Translations under genes and position numbers: made by a program
Shown: one piece after another, positions 22,031-31,720 of the stretch
How the letters are laid out: each line of letters opens with the position of its first letter
Numbering within the stretch: position 1 is the first letter of the stretch
IMG/VR virus record: IMGVR_UViG_3300031555_004891
Strand: one strand, 5' to 3'
DNA length: 64,000 nucleotides
From: a virus
Lineage: Duplodnaviria > Caudoviricetes
The notes under the pieces: model-generated
What the model was told of the DNA's origin: nothing
Databases searched by the model: none
The model's input: the letters and a program-made list of their open reading frames with translations, nothing else

Positions 22031-22516
22031 ATGAAAGTATATTCGGAAATTACAAAAGAACTTTATGACACTGTTGATGAGTGTCAAACTGCAGAAGAAA
22101 ATTTTGCAAAAGAAGAAGCAGCTAAGAAAGCTAAAGCAGAAGAAGATTTGAAGCAAGCTGCTGTTGCTGCAACAAATGAAAAAAATGCAGTAAGCAAAAG
22201 AAAAAAAGAGCTTGCTGATGCTGTAGAAGCAGCTGATGAGGTTTATTCTGAAGCTTGCAAGAAATATGACGCAGCAAAAGCTCAAGCTAGAGAAATACTT
22301 GCAGAAGCACAAAAGAAGGCCGATGTAATTATTGGTCAAGCAGCAAAAGAAGTACGTGAAGCTTCCCAGAAGAAATTTAATGCAGTATTACATTTTAACA
22401 ACGAATTTGGTACTTACAGAACAGTTTTAACTGGTAGTAAAGCTCTCGAAGAAGCTAACAGAATGCTAAACAATTTCTGGTCAAATAATCCACTTAGAGA
22501 CTTTTTCGATCTGTAA
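22031..22516 (+). CDS. Ala/Lys/Glu-rich coiled-coil protein
   Basis: ORF with RBS, followed by terminator. Confidence 0.75.
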   Translation: MKVYSEITKELYDTVDECQTAEENFAKEEAAKKAKAEEDLKQAAVAATNEKNAVSKRKKELADAVEAADEVYSEACKKYDAAKAQAREILAEAQKKADVIIGQAAKEVREASQKKFNAVLHFNNEFGTYRTVLTGSKALEEANRMLNNFWSNNPLRDFFDL

Positions 22517-22556
22517 GATAAAATACACTGAGAACTTAATTATGAAATATATAAAA

Positions 22557-22590
22557 GCTATCTAGAATCATTTCTAGATAGCTTTCTTTT
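22557..22590 (+). terminator. intrinsic terminator
   Basis: AGCTATCTAGAA...TTCTAGATAGCT + T tract. Confidence 0.75.
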
Positions 22591-22651
22591 ATGTAAGTAA
22601 TTCCTGTATAAAATAATGTTAAAGTATACGCACAAAGATTTGAGGATTTTT

Positions 22652-23014
22652 ATGGAAAACATTATCCAACCTGAGCTTTTGATAACAGAAACAGCATTAG
22701 CCTGGCTATAGAAAACACATTAGCCATTTTGTTTCACTGATTTTATGGGCTATATTTTTGTTTTAGATGTTAAAAAATCAGTTGCTGCTTCTATAGATGT
22801 ATTTGGTGATATTAAGATATTTTCATGTGATAAAAATAGAATGTTATCAATAAAGAAAGTTCAGAAATACATTAAAAAATTAGTTAAAAGTAATTTTCTA
22901 GAAATAGGCTACGAACCTTTTCCAGAATTTTCAAATAGAAAAAATATAAAAATAAATCCAGCAAAAGTTATTTTTATGGAAGAGCCATTATTTGGTAAAT
23001 TAAATGAGGATTAA
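22652..23014 (+). CDS. hypothetical protein (2 TAG)
   Basis: GAGG + ATG 22652 in frame with 22745 ORF. Confidence 0.65.
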
Positions 23015-23019
23015 ATAAA

Positions 23020-23445
23020 ATGGGAATGGAAAGCTATTTAAGCATTGTTTAGAAGAAAACTGGTAAAAAATTTATACTAAACTATTACTGCAATTTTATG
23101 TCTTTGCATAATTGGATAAAGCAGGATAAATATTGCGAGAAGTTAATAGATGATGAAAGCTATAAAGTTAGCGAGATTAGTTTACATAAGTTAAAAGATT
23201 ATTTAACACCTATGTATAAAGAAGTGATCGTCTTAGATGAGAATGATTGTTTCTACTGGGATGAAAATTGCTGGCCTAACAAATATCAAGGTAAACCGAT
23301 ATTTAATTGGCACGAATTTAGTCCTATAAAAACTGGTAGCACATATAAATTGATTACTTTATATCACAACATTTGTACGTTAATCAATTTTATATCAAAT
23401 GATTTCGATAATGAGTATGAAATATATTATGAGTGTTCATATTAA
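23020..23445 (+). CDS. hypothetical protein (1 TAG)
   Basis: GAGG + ATG 23020 in frame with 23098 ORF. Confidence 0.65.
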
Positions 23446-23471
23446 GTTAATAAATTCTGCGGAGGTAATAA

Positions 23472-23807
23472 ATGAGTAAAAAGCATTTTTAGAAATATTA
23501 CGATCAAGTTTGCGATCAATATCACACATTTATTGAGCAATTAAAAGTATTTGATGAGGAATGTAAAAAAGGTATAGTTCCACCAGAAATTATAGATAAT
23601 GTAAAAGCTACAATTGCTCCATTGAAAAATAATTGGGAAACACTCAATTATGTTATGTATTTATTAAACAAACCAAATAAAAAGTCGAAAGAAAAAAGAT
23701 ATGAAAATCAAAATAAAAATCTTCTAAAAAACTGTAAAACAAAAGAAGCAGTTATAGATGAAAATCAGTCATGTCTTGAAAAAGTTAAAGAAGTAACAAA
23801 AGTTTAA
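23472..23807 (+). CDS. hypothetical protein (TAG at codon 7)
   Basis: GGAGG + ATG 23472 in frame with 23622 ORF. Confidence 0.7.
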
Positions 23808-23863
23808 CCCTTAAATTTTTCAGGGTTAGCTAAATTTATTGTAATAAGGAACAATTAAATAAT

Positions 23864-24151
23864 ATGGAAGAAATGTTACAGGAATTAGGAATATTTGAGC
23901 CTGGTCAAGCAGGTAAAAATAATTCTTATGTAGTAGATTTGGATTCTGATTTAGCATGGGGTAAGATCTATTCTTTGCTTGAAACTAACGAAGATGTAGA
24001 GCAAATGGAAGATAATACATTGTTAACAGTCCATAATGCAAGCGTGATATATGTCTACAAAGATAAATATCAACTAAACCTAAAAGCAGATTTCGATAAT
24101 GAAATTTATTCGCTTATTTGTTCTAAATTATCATCGGAGGAAAAAATTTAA
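23864..24151 (+). CDS. hypothetical protein
   Basis: ORF after GCTAAATT motif. Confidence 0.7.
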   Translation: MEEMLQELGIFEPGQAGKNNSYVVDLDSDLAWGKIYSLLETNEDVEQMEDNTLLTVHNASVIYVYKDKYQLNLKADFDNEIYSLICSKLSSEEKI

Positions 24152-24152
24152 T

Positions 24153-24791
24153 ATGGCTATTAAAACAGTAATAACTGATTATGATGTTTTGAGTGAAATT
24201 TCAGAAGAAATTGATCTTAGAAAAGAAAACAATCTCGCTAGAGAAACTACACTTGACTTAAAGCATACTATGCAGAAAAATGAGTATGCAGTTTTAGCAG
24301 CACCACAAATTGGTGTCAAGAAAAGAATGTTTTGTATAAACTTTAATGGTGATATACGTACATTCTGCAACCCCATGTATAAAAATGTAGGTAGATTAGT
24401 GTTAAATAGAGAAAGATGTCCCAGTATTCCTGGAAAAGAGTTTTTCAGATTTAGACACGATGATGTTGAGCTAGTTTATCAAACACCTATGGGTAAAATA
24501 GAATGTAGAAAATTTACAGGTATGGCTGCATATGTAGTGCAATATGCTGTAGATATGCTCGATGGGTTGCTTATATCCGATGTTGGCTTAGAAATTTTAG
24601 ATGGCTGGGAAGAATTATCAGAAGCTGATAAAAATTCAGTAATTGATGATTATATCCAATCTCTAGATTTAACCAGAAAAGAAGTCAAAAAAGAAATAAA
24701 TGAAAACAAAGAGCTTAAACAATTATCAGATGCTATAGATTTCATTGAAAGCGTACAGCGTGGTGAAACTAAATTAGAATCTGATGTTTAA
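24153..24791 (+). CDS. peptide deformylase-like protein, active site degenerate
   Basis: LAAPQIG, ERCPS, QYAVDMLDG (canonical QHExDHLxG). Confidence 0.8.
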   Translation: MAIKTVITDYDVLSEISEEIDLRKENNLARETTLDLKHTMQKNEYAVLAAPQIGVKKRMFCINFNGDIRTFCNPMYKNVGRLVLNRERCPSIPGKEFFRFRHDDVELVYQTPMGKIECRKFTGMAAYVVQYAVDMLDGLLISDVGLEILDGWEELSEADKNSVIDDYIQSLDLTRKEVKKEINENKELKQLSDAIDFIESVQRGETKLESDV

Positions 24792-25130
24792 TAATATATA
24801 AGAAAAAGAGCGAGTAGATAGCCTTTAACAGAATTTCTACTCGCTTTCTTAATAAAAAATAAAAGATACTTCGCGCAAATAATTAACTTTCCGAGGGCTA
24901 ATTACACAAAAGTATCTTTTATGAGATGTAGGTAAGGATCTTTTTACGTATCTCTAAATAAATACCTGCCAAGATTTTTACTCCGGATATGTATTTAGAT
25001 TCTTACTTACTGTATATAAACTACTGACATAAGCAGCAGTTATTTGTTAAATATTATTATTTAATTCTTACCTGTTGTTTATATATAAATTTAGCAAATA
25101 AATATAATATAATTTAAGGGAGAATTAAAA

Positions 25131-25528
25131 ATGGCTGGAAACGGTGCTATTAAATTCTTACGCGGTACAACAACTGCGGTAAGTAACAACAGTTCTGCAA
25201 CTTTACTTGATGGCCAACCTCTCTACATTACCAATCAGAATCAACTTGTGATTGGGGGGGGGGCAATAATGCTTTAACAAAAGCCCCTATTTCATGTAGA
25301 GAATTAATTGGTTACGCAAGTAATACATCAACAACTGAATCATATTCAATTAAATATACAGGGAATGCATTCTAGTTTAAACAGGGATCTTACACTTTAA
25401 GCTTTCCTACTTTGACTGCTAATAAAACTGTTGCATTATCGGATCACACACATAGCGGATATGCATTAAAAACTGAATTACCTGCATTTTCATATAGTGG
25501 AACAACACTCACTATAACTACTTCTTAA
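25131..25528 (+). CDS. Mtd_N-like tail-fibre protein A, frameshifted at G10 (25254-25263), 1 TAG
   Basis: 0 frame MAGNGAIKFLRGT..GQPLY..LVIGGG stops at 25277; -1 frame continues to TVALSDHTHSGYA..SGTTLTITTS, paralogous to 26739 gene. Confidence 0.8.
25254..25263 (+). repeat. G10 homopolymer tract (GGGGGGGGGGCAA)
   Basis: Direct read. Confidence 0.95.
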
Positions 25529-25551
25529 GAATAAAAAGGAGGAAATTATAG

Positions 25552-26664
25552 ATGAGTAATTTAACTATAGATACAGCAGCAATGCAAGCATGCATGTATA
25601 ATGGTAATAATGTAGAAAAATTAATCATAGATGGTACAACAGTTTGGGAAAAAATTAGTGGTCCTTTTGATATAACATTTCGTAGTTATGATGATCTGTA
25701 TACTTACTTAATTCCATCAGGATCAAATTATGGATATTATGAGTATACAGTATAGACTGACGCTAGAGGTAAGCTTGATATTGAGCAGATTCCAGCTATA
25801 AGTACTATGTGGGCATTAAATGGTGAAAGCTCGCCATACTGGATTCTTGATGGTAATGGTAACCCAGAATATAGTAATTATGAAGTGATGCTTTTATATT
25901 GCGAGGAGTTTTATGGCCCATCTGGTTCTATTGCGCATGCAGATATAGCTGATATGACTTTTTCAGGCAATGAAGACTTTTTTGCGAAACCTACTTGGGG
26001 AGGTTTTTATACCAGCACTGCGTCTGATTTAGAACTATGCACATCACTCACGATATAGAGCGCATGTCTGCTTAGCTGGTGGCCTTTAGAATCAATGTCT
26101 GATGCTATTTGGTTATATATTTACACAGATCCAGGTAGTGCAGAAGATCTATATTCTGAAAACTGGCTTGTGAGAATTAACTTAACTGATTATACGCAGA
26201 TGATGCTTGACAGACTCAATCTTCCATTTATTGATATCAATCGAGATTTAGTTTCTCAAATAATAGAAAATAATATTGGATATTGTCCATGCTATTTACA
26301 TTTTCAAGATATTAACACTAGTGGTGGTGCTGAAATTAATCCTGAGTTGTTGCATGTCTGGTAGGAAATGGAGAGCTCTGTTAATCCAGATAATCCAATA
26401 GAATTAGGTGTACGTTTAATTATTCCAACTGGAACAGCTTTTTTCCCAAGCGTTACGTGCGTCCCTGTTTCTTCAAATATACGATATGCTGTACATGACG
26501 CCGGCTATCTTTGGTTAGACAATATGGATAATGCTGACCTTGTTGATGAGTATATTTGTAGCTGTTCTCACCTTGATGTTGAACCGCTTTATTTCTGTAA
26601 TGCATTAGATTATCGAGATAGTGCTGGTAATGCGATTTGGTCTATAACACCAATAATAAAATAA
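25552..26664 (+). CDS. putative receptor-binding/tail tip protein, 370 aa, 3 TAG
   Basis: Four in-frame ORFs joined through TAG; N-terminal YNGNNVEKLIIDGTTVWEK adaptor-like motif. Confidence 0.75.
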
Positions 26665-26738
26665 TTTAAGCGATCAATTATTCTCTACATTTTTAACAAA
26701 ATTAATCAAAAAAAAATTAAAAATGGGAGAAATATATT

Positions 26739-27299
26739 ATGTCGATCACAAATCCTTCTATACAATTTTTACGCGGTACATCTACCGCTAAAAGCAACAA
26801 CAGCACAAAAGTTTTAGCTGCTGGTCAACCTTTCTATGATACAACTAATAAAAAGTTATATATTGGCGATGGTTCAACAACTTTAGGCAATTTAACTGCT
26901 ATTGGTGGTGATAATGCTGAATATACTTTAACTAAGTCTGGATCTAACATTTATTTGAAAAAAGATGGAACAACAGTTTCAACTATTACTGATGATGTTG
27001 GATCTAGCACAGATACTAACTATTATCATACACCTAGCTACTCATCAGGTTTACAAATTGCTACAGGTACTGGTGTTAACGCTTTATATGTTCCAACCGG
27101 TACAACTGCTAACACCGTTGCTTTAGGTAACCATACTCATAGTGGCTATGCTGCTTCTTCTCATACACACTCAAGTTTGACAAATGGATCTTATACAGCT
27201 ACTGCGCCTTCTAAAACCGGTACTATTGCTCTTACATCTGATGTTCCTACTATTACTTATGACTCAAGCAGCGGTACCTTAAATATAACAACTGCATAA
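26739..27299 (+). CDS. Mtd_N-like tail-fibre protein B (intact)
   Basis: IQFLRGT..LAAGQPFYD..KLYIGDG; HTH metal-knot repeats (NHTH, SHTH); ends SGTLNITTA. Confidence 0.8.
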   Translation: MSITNPSIQFLRGTSTAKSNNSTKVLAAGQPFYDTTNKKLYIGDGSTTLGNLTAIGGDNAEYTLTKSGSNIYLKKDGTTVSTITDDVGSSTDTNYYHTPSYSSGLQIATGTGVNALYVPTGTTANTVALGNHTHSGYAASSHTHSSLTNGSYTATAPSKTGTIALTSDVPTITYDSSSGTLNITTA

Positions 27300-27321
27300 T
27301 ATTGAGCGGGAGGAAGTTTTT

Positions 27322-28607
27322 ATGATTTATGAAATACTTACAGGCTCAGATTTGCAGTCATGTTTTTATAATAATTAGGATGTTTCAAAGATAATTTTAG
27401 ATGGAACACTTATCTGGTTAAAGGAAGGCACTGGTGGTTCAGATACACCTACTCCATCTTATAGTACATTAACTATTGATTTGTATTCTGACGATCCTTC
27501 TAACACAGTAGAAGGAAATATTAATGGTTATGTATACGAACTTTGCGCAGAAGGTACATCAGGTTGCTTAAAAGAATCAGATGAGAGTCTAGAAGCTGCC
27601 TTAGCAGACACTTATTGTAAGGTTATTGCTGGTGGTGGATATGCAACTACTCGAATATTTTATTACAACCACTCAGCTTTAGCTATTTATATACCAGCAG
27701 AGTCTTTGGTAGATATTGCTGGATATAACTTATTAGGTGTGCGCTTTGAGTTTGAGAATGAATTTGACTTATCTAATATTGAAACAAGAATTTGTGCAGA
27801 AAACGGTGACACTGTTGCTGTACCAGGTGATTATGCAACAGAAGTTTATAGTGGTTCACCTAGCATAAGTGGCAATAGCTTAGAACTAATTTTTGATACA
27901 GCATATGAATTATATGGAGCTAATCTGAGTCTCGGTTTTACTTTCTCATCATCAAATTGGGCTAGTAATGCAATGTTATATAATAGGATTACCTTACTGC
28001 ATGATGGGGGGGGGCAATAACCCCTGATGAACCTGATGAACCTACTGTAGCAGAGGTGTCTGATTTAACCGAAGTTTCTGCACTTGAGGATGGCACTTCT
28101 TTTATCTTCTCTGGAGAATGCTATGTAGTTGCTGTTAAGGGTAATTATGCATTATTGTGCGATGCTACTGGTTATGCTACAGTTTATATGAATGGTGGGT
28201 TACCAGAAGAGTTTACTACTTAGGGATAGGTTATAACAGATTTTACTGGTACTGTTAAACTATACCATGATGGAGTGCAGTTAACAAACATTAATGATAT
28301 CGGTTATGATGATTATTTAGTTGAAGTAAATCCTTACGAAATAGCTACAATATAGGATGCTCCAGGTTACTATATCGTTAAAGGTATATCAATAGAAGAG
28401 TATGATGATACTTATTACATTGCAAATCTTGATGGTGAGCCACTGCTGTATATTCCTAGAGAGGATAATTATGAGATAGCGCCAGGTCTTACCTATGATA
28501 TTGTTTTCGCTCAAATGTATTATAGTTCTAGATATTCTTATCCACTTAGCATAAACTCGAATCAAATTTATCTAGAGTCTATTACAGAATGTGAAGGGAT
28601 AGAATAA
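27322..28607 (+). CDS. putative receptor-binding/tail tip protein, frameshifted at G9 (28006-28014), 4 TAG
   Basis: GGAGG + ATG 27322; FYNN(Q)DVSKIILDGTLIW adaptor; 0 frame stops at 28020; -1 frame AITPDEPDEPTV... open to TAA 28605. Confidence 0.75.
28006..28014 (+). repeat. G9 homopolymer tract (GGGGGGGGGCAA)
   Basis: Direct read. Confidence 0.95.
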
Positions 28608-28696
28608 AATTGGTGTTTTTTAACGGTATATATAAATGAACAAAGATTGCTTGGCCAAGCAAAATAAAATAATTAGAAATAAGGAAATTTTTATTA

Positions 28697-29572
28697 ATGG
28701 ATACAATTAATACTGAAAATGTTATGGAACTTAATTTTGTAGATGATTCTGTTGAAGTAAGACAAAACTTGCTTTTAACTAACGCTAGAGCTAGATATGC
28801 TAATTATAGAAATTGTAGATGTCAAGGCATTGTTTGGCAACCCAGTGATACAACAGATGATGAGGGAAATGCTCTAGTTCCTGAGTTTGAAAATTGCACC
28901 TTTACAGCATGCTCATTCCTTGAACTTCCTGAAACTGCTGTAATTAGATTCTATGGTGTAAATACTTTCTATAATTGTCATTTTGGTCCTGATCAAACTG
29001 TAGTTATTGATAGCAATTGCGAATTCTATAACTGCCAAAATGTTAATATTAAATTTGCTGAGGCTAAAGCATATAAGCTTAATGTTATCGGTGGTAACAT
29101 CGCATTCCCTCAAATCACTTCTACAGCTGTTGCAGGTACTTATCCTCTCGAACTCCAAATGACTGGAGGTAAGTTAACTCTTCCTTCTGTTGTTGTTTAT
29201 GGTGATTGGGTACTTAATCTTACTAATGTTAATGTTGTAAGCTCAGCAGCTACTTGCGCATTTACTAGCATGACTATGACTGGTTGCAAATTCCAGGGTG
29301 TAGATAACCTTTATGCAGATAGAGTAGTTGGTTCAAGTCTTGCATTTAGCGGAACTTCTGCTTCTAATATTACTTTGCAAGGTGGTTCAGTAATTGGTAA
29401 TACTATTGAAAATAAAACTGCAGATGGCACGATGCTAACAGCAAAAACTGGTGTTACTTTCAATTGCTCAATTGACGTCGCTAACCGCGTAAATATGGCT
29501 AACAGAACTATGACTACAGGCTCAAGCGCTAAAACTGTAGAACATAACTACAATGGAGCTGAAACTCTTTAA
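28697..29572 (+). CDS. beta-helix-like virion/tail-associated protein
   Basis: FENCTF, FYNCHF, FYNCQ repeats; Ser/Thr/Asn-rich. Confidence 0.65.
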   Translation: MDTINTENVMELNFVDDSVEVRQNLLLTNARARYANYRNCRCQGIVWQPSDTTDDEGNALVPEFENCTFTACSFLELPETAVIRFYGVNTFYNCHFGPDQTVVIDSNCEFYNCQNVNIKFAEAKAYKLNVIGGNIAFPQITSTAVAGTYPLELQMTGGKLTLPSVVVYGDWVLNLTNVNVVSSAATCAFTSMTMTGCKFQGVDNLYADRVVGSSLAFSGTSASNITLQGGSVIGNTIENKTADGTMLTAKTGVTFNCSIDVANRVNMANRTMTTGSSAKTVEHNYNGAETL

Positions 29573-29672
29573 TTCCCATAACAATTCTTAAAATAAATAA
29601 TTAAAATAGTTGATCTTTTCCTTTATTTATATTATAATATAATTGTAAATAAAGGAAGAGGTCATTTTTATT

Positions 29673-30827
29673 ATGAAATACACAATCCATAAAGATTTAG
29701 TAGCAATGTTCGAAGAAAAGATGAAAAAATTTGCATCTAAATTCGAAAAATATGGTACCTGCGAATATCTTAAATCTAAGCCTTATGTGTGCTTAAACGA
29801 AAATAGTCCTAGATATCTTTATGAGTTAGTAGATATTGATGTAAATGCTTCTTATAAAGTTGGTGATTATTCTTTTGTAGCATCTCTCGAATGGGTAGAA
29901 GAAGCTCAAGAAAATCTTATTAAGAAAATTTCTGAGGATATTTATGTTCCTGAAATTTATAAGACTCGCAGAGAATGCGATCATTGCAACACTAAGCGCT
30001 ACAGAAAATCTACAATTATTTTGAAAAATAATGAAACCGATGATTATATCCAGGTAGGTAAAAGTTGTGTAAAAGATTACACTGGTGTAGATTTGGGTAG
30101 ATACGCTGCTTATTTGTCTTTCTTCGATGACCTTGAGCAATATTTGCAAGAATGTGAAAAAGACAATATCACCAGAATTAAGCCCATGTATAAGGTGAGC
30201 TATATTTTGGAGCAAGCTGCAGAAGAAGTTAGACATCATGGTTATATCAGCAAGAGCAAGTCCTGGGAATTAGAGACTGATAGCACTTCTAGTAGAGTGT
30301 TTATGATGATTACTAATTATATAGACTACTATACTGGCAAGAAAACTTATGAAACATATAAAGAAATATCTAAAGAAGCAAAAGAAACTGTAGAAAATGT
30401 GTATTCTTTCTATAGAGATCTTGATTCGTCTGATGATTATGTAAATAATATTAAAACTATTCTTAAGACTGATTATGTTGGCGCAGATAAAATTGGGTTA
30501 GTTGTTTCTGCTATTGGTACAAAACTTCGCATTGAAAATCAGAATAAAGAAAAAGAGCAAAAAGCTCAGTCAAATTATGTTGGCGAAGTTGGGCAAAAAA
30601 TCACATTTAAGGCTATACCTGAATGCGTATATTCTGGAAGTAGCCAATTTGGTTGGGTATATATTTATAAAATGAAAGTCGGTAATGATGAGATTGTTTG
30701 GACAACCAGCAAAGATTTAGCTCCAGATACTGAGCTCGAATTTACAGCGACTGTTAAAGCCCATGAGGAATATAGAGGTTGTAAGCAAACAGAAATCACG
30801 AGAGCGAGAACAAAAATTGCTTTATAA
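29673..30827 (+). CDS. early phage protein with CxxC and C-terminal OB-fold-like domain
   Basis: ECDHC..RYRK..QVGKSC; YVGEVGQK..ATVKAHEEYRGCKQT. Confidence 0.75.
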   Translation: MKYTIHKDLVAMFEEKMKKFASKFEKYGTCEYLKSKPYVCLNENSPRYLYELVDIDVNASYKVGDYSFVASLEWVEEAQENLIKKISEDIYVPEIYKTRRECDHCNTKRYRKSTIILKNNETDDYIQVGKSCVKDYTGVDLGRYAAYLSFFDDLEQYLQECEKDNITRIKPMYKVSYILEQAAEEVRHHGYISKSKSWELETDSTSSRVFMMITNYIDYYTGKKTYETYKEISKEAKETVENVYSFYRDLDSSDDYVNNIKTILKTDYVGADKIGLVVSAIGTKLRIENQNKEKEQKAQSNYVGEVGQKITFKAIPECVYSGSSQFGWVYIYKMKVGNDEIVWTTSKDLAPDTELEFTATVKAHEEYRGCKQTEITRARTKIAL

Positions 30828-30846
30828 TATAAAATAGTAAATAAAT

Positions 30847-30876
30847 AAGCTCAGATAAAATTCTGAGCTTATTTTC
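30847..30876 (+). terminator. intrinsic terminator
   Basis: TAAGCTCAGA...TCTGAGCTTA + TTTT. Confidence 0.7.
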
Positions 30877-31098
30877 ATGTATAGATATATAGAGGACAAA
30901 CTTATGGATACACCTTCTATTTCATTTAAAATTGGTGAAAAAATTAAGAATAAAAGTGGCGAAATTATATACATATGCGACATTGTATATTCGATGGTAG
31001 AAAAAGGCTGGTTAGTAATATACTACGAGTTAGATAAGCAAGATAAAATTCAAAAAATGAACACTATGTCTTTAGATCTTTTTAGCATGGGGTTGTGA
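30877..31098 (+). CDS. hypothetical protein
   Basis: ORF. Confidence 0.55.
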   Translation: MYRYIEDKLMDTPSISFKIGEKIKNKSGEIIYICDIVYSMVEKGWLVIYYELDKQDKIQKMNTMSLDLFSMGL

Positions 31099-31101
31099 TA
31101 T

Positions 31102-31647
31102 ATGGATAGTAAGGAATTATGGCACCAGTATAATTTATCTTATGATGACCAACTCAACTTCCTAAAAAATAAATACGGATTACCTCAAGGAAATTATTTT
31201 CTTACTGAGAGTTGCAAATCTACAAATAACAAAATAAAAAGAGCTAAAGAAGGACTTTACGTGCATCATGATTATGAGTGGAATCCAAATGACTGGACAT
31301 GTCATAGCTTAAGCACTCAAGAATTAGCCTTAAAATACCCTTTCGAATATCAATTAAGTGATCATCTAACATACTGTAACATGTTAGAGCATTTAATGTT
31401 GCATATGAAAATTTATAGATTAAGACGCGATTATCTAGGTGGACCAATTTTTACAGATGGGGTACAAAATTTCTTGATACCACAAATAAATGATATTTAT
31501 CAGACTAGAAAATATAAGCAAGAATGGCTTATAGCAACAAAAGAAGCTATAGTAGAAAATTATAATGATTATATTGAGCTGATAAAAATTCATGCAGAAG
31601 ATAGTGATCAAGATGTTGTAGATCTATATGGTTTATCTTTAAGATAA
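31102..31647 (+). CDS. hypothetical protein, HNH-like His pattern
   Basis: LYVHH...LTYCNMLEHLMLH. Confidence 0.65.
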   Translation: MDSKELWHQYNLSYDDQLNFLKNKYGLPQGNYFLTESCKSTNNKIKRAKEGLYVHHDYEWNPNDWTCHSLSTQELALKYPFEYQLSDHLTYCNMLEHLMLHMKIYRLRRDYLGGPIFTDGVQNFLIPQINDIYQTRKYKQEWLIATKEAIVENYNDYIELIKIHAEDSDQDVVDLYGLSLR

Positions 31648-31720
31648 TGTATAACAAACTATGTGTGGATAAACTATTTACTTAAGAATAGTTAGTCCTT
31701 TTCCATATAGAGGGAGTAAT

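Noticed and set aside
25131-28607. Diversity-generating retroelement (suggested by Mtd_N-like domains)
   Set aside because: No reverse transcriptase and no TR/VR pair with adenine-specific mismatches seen in this window.
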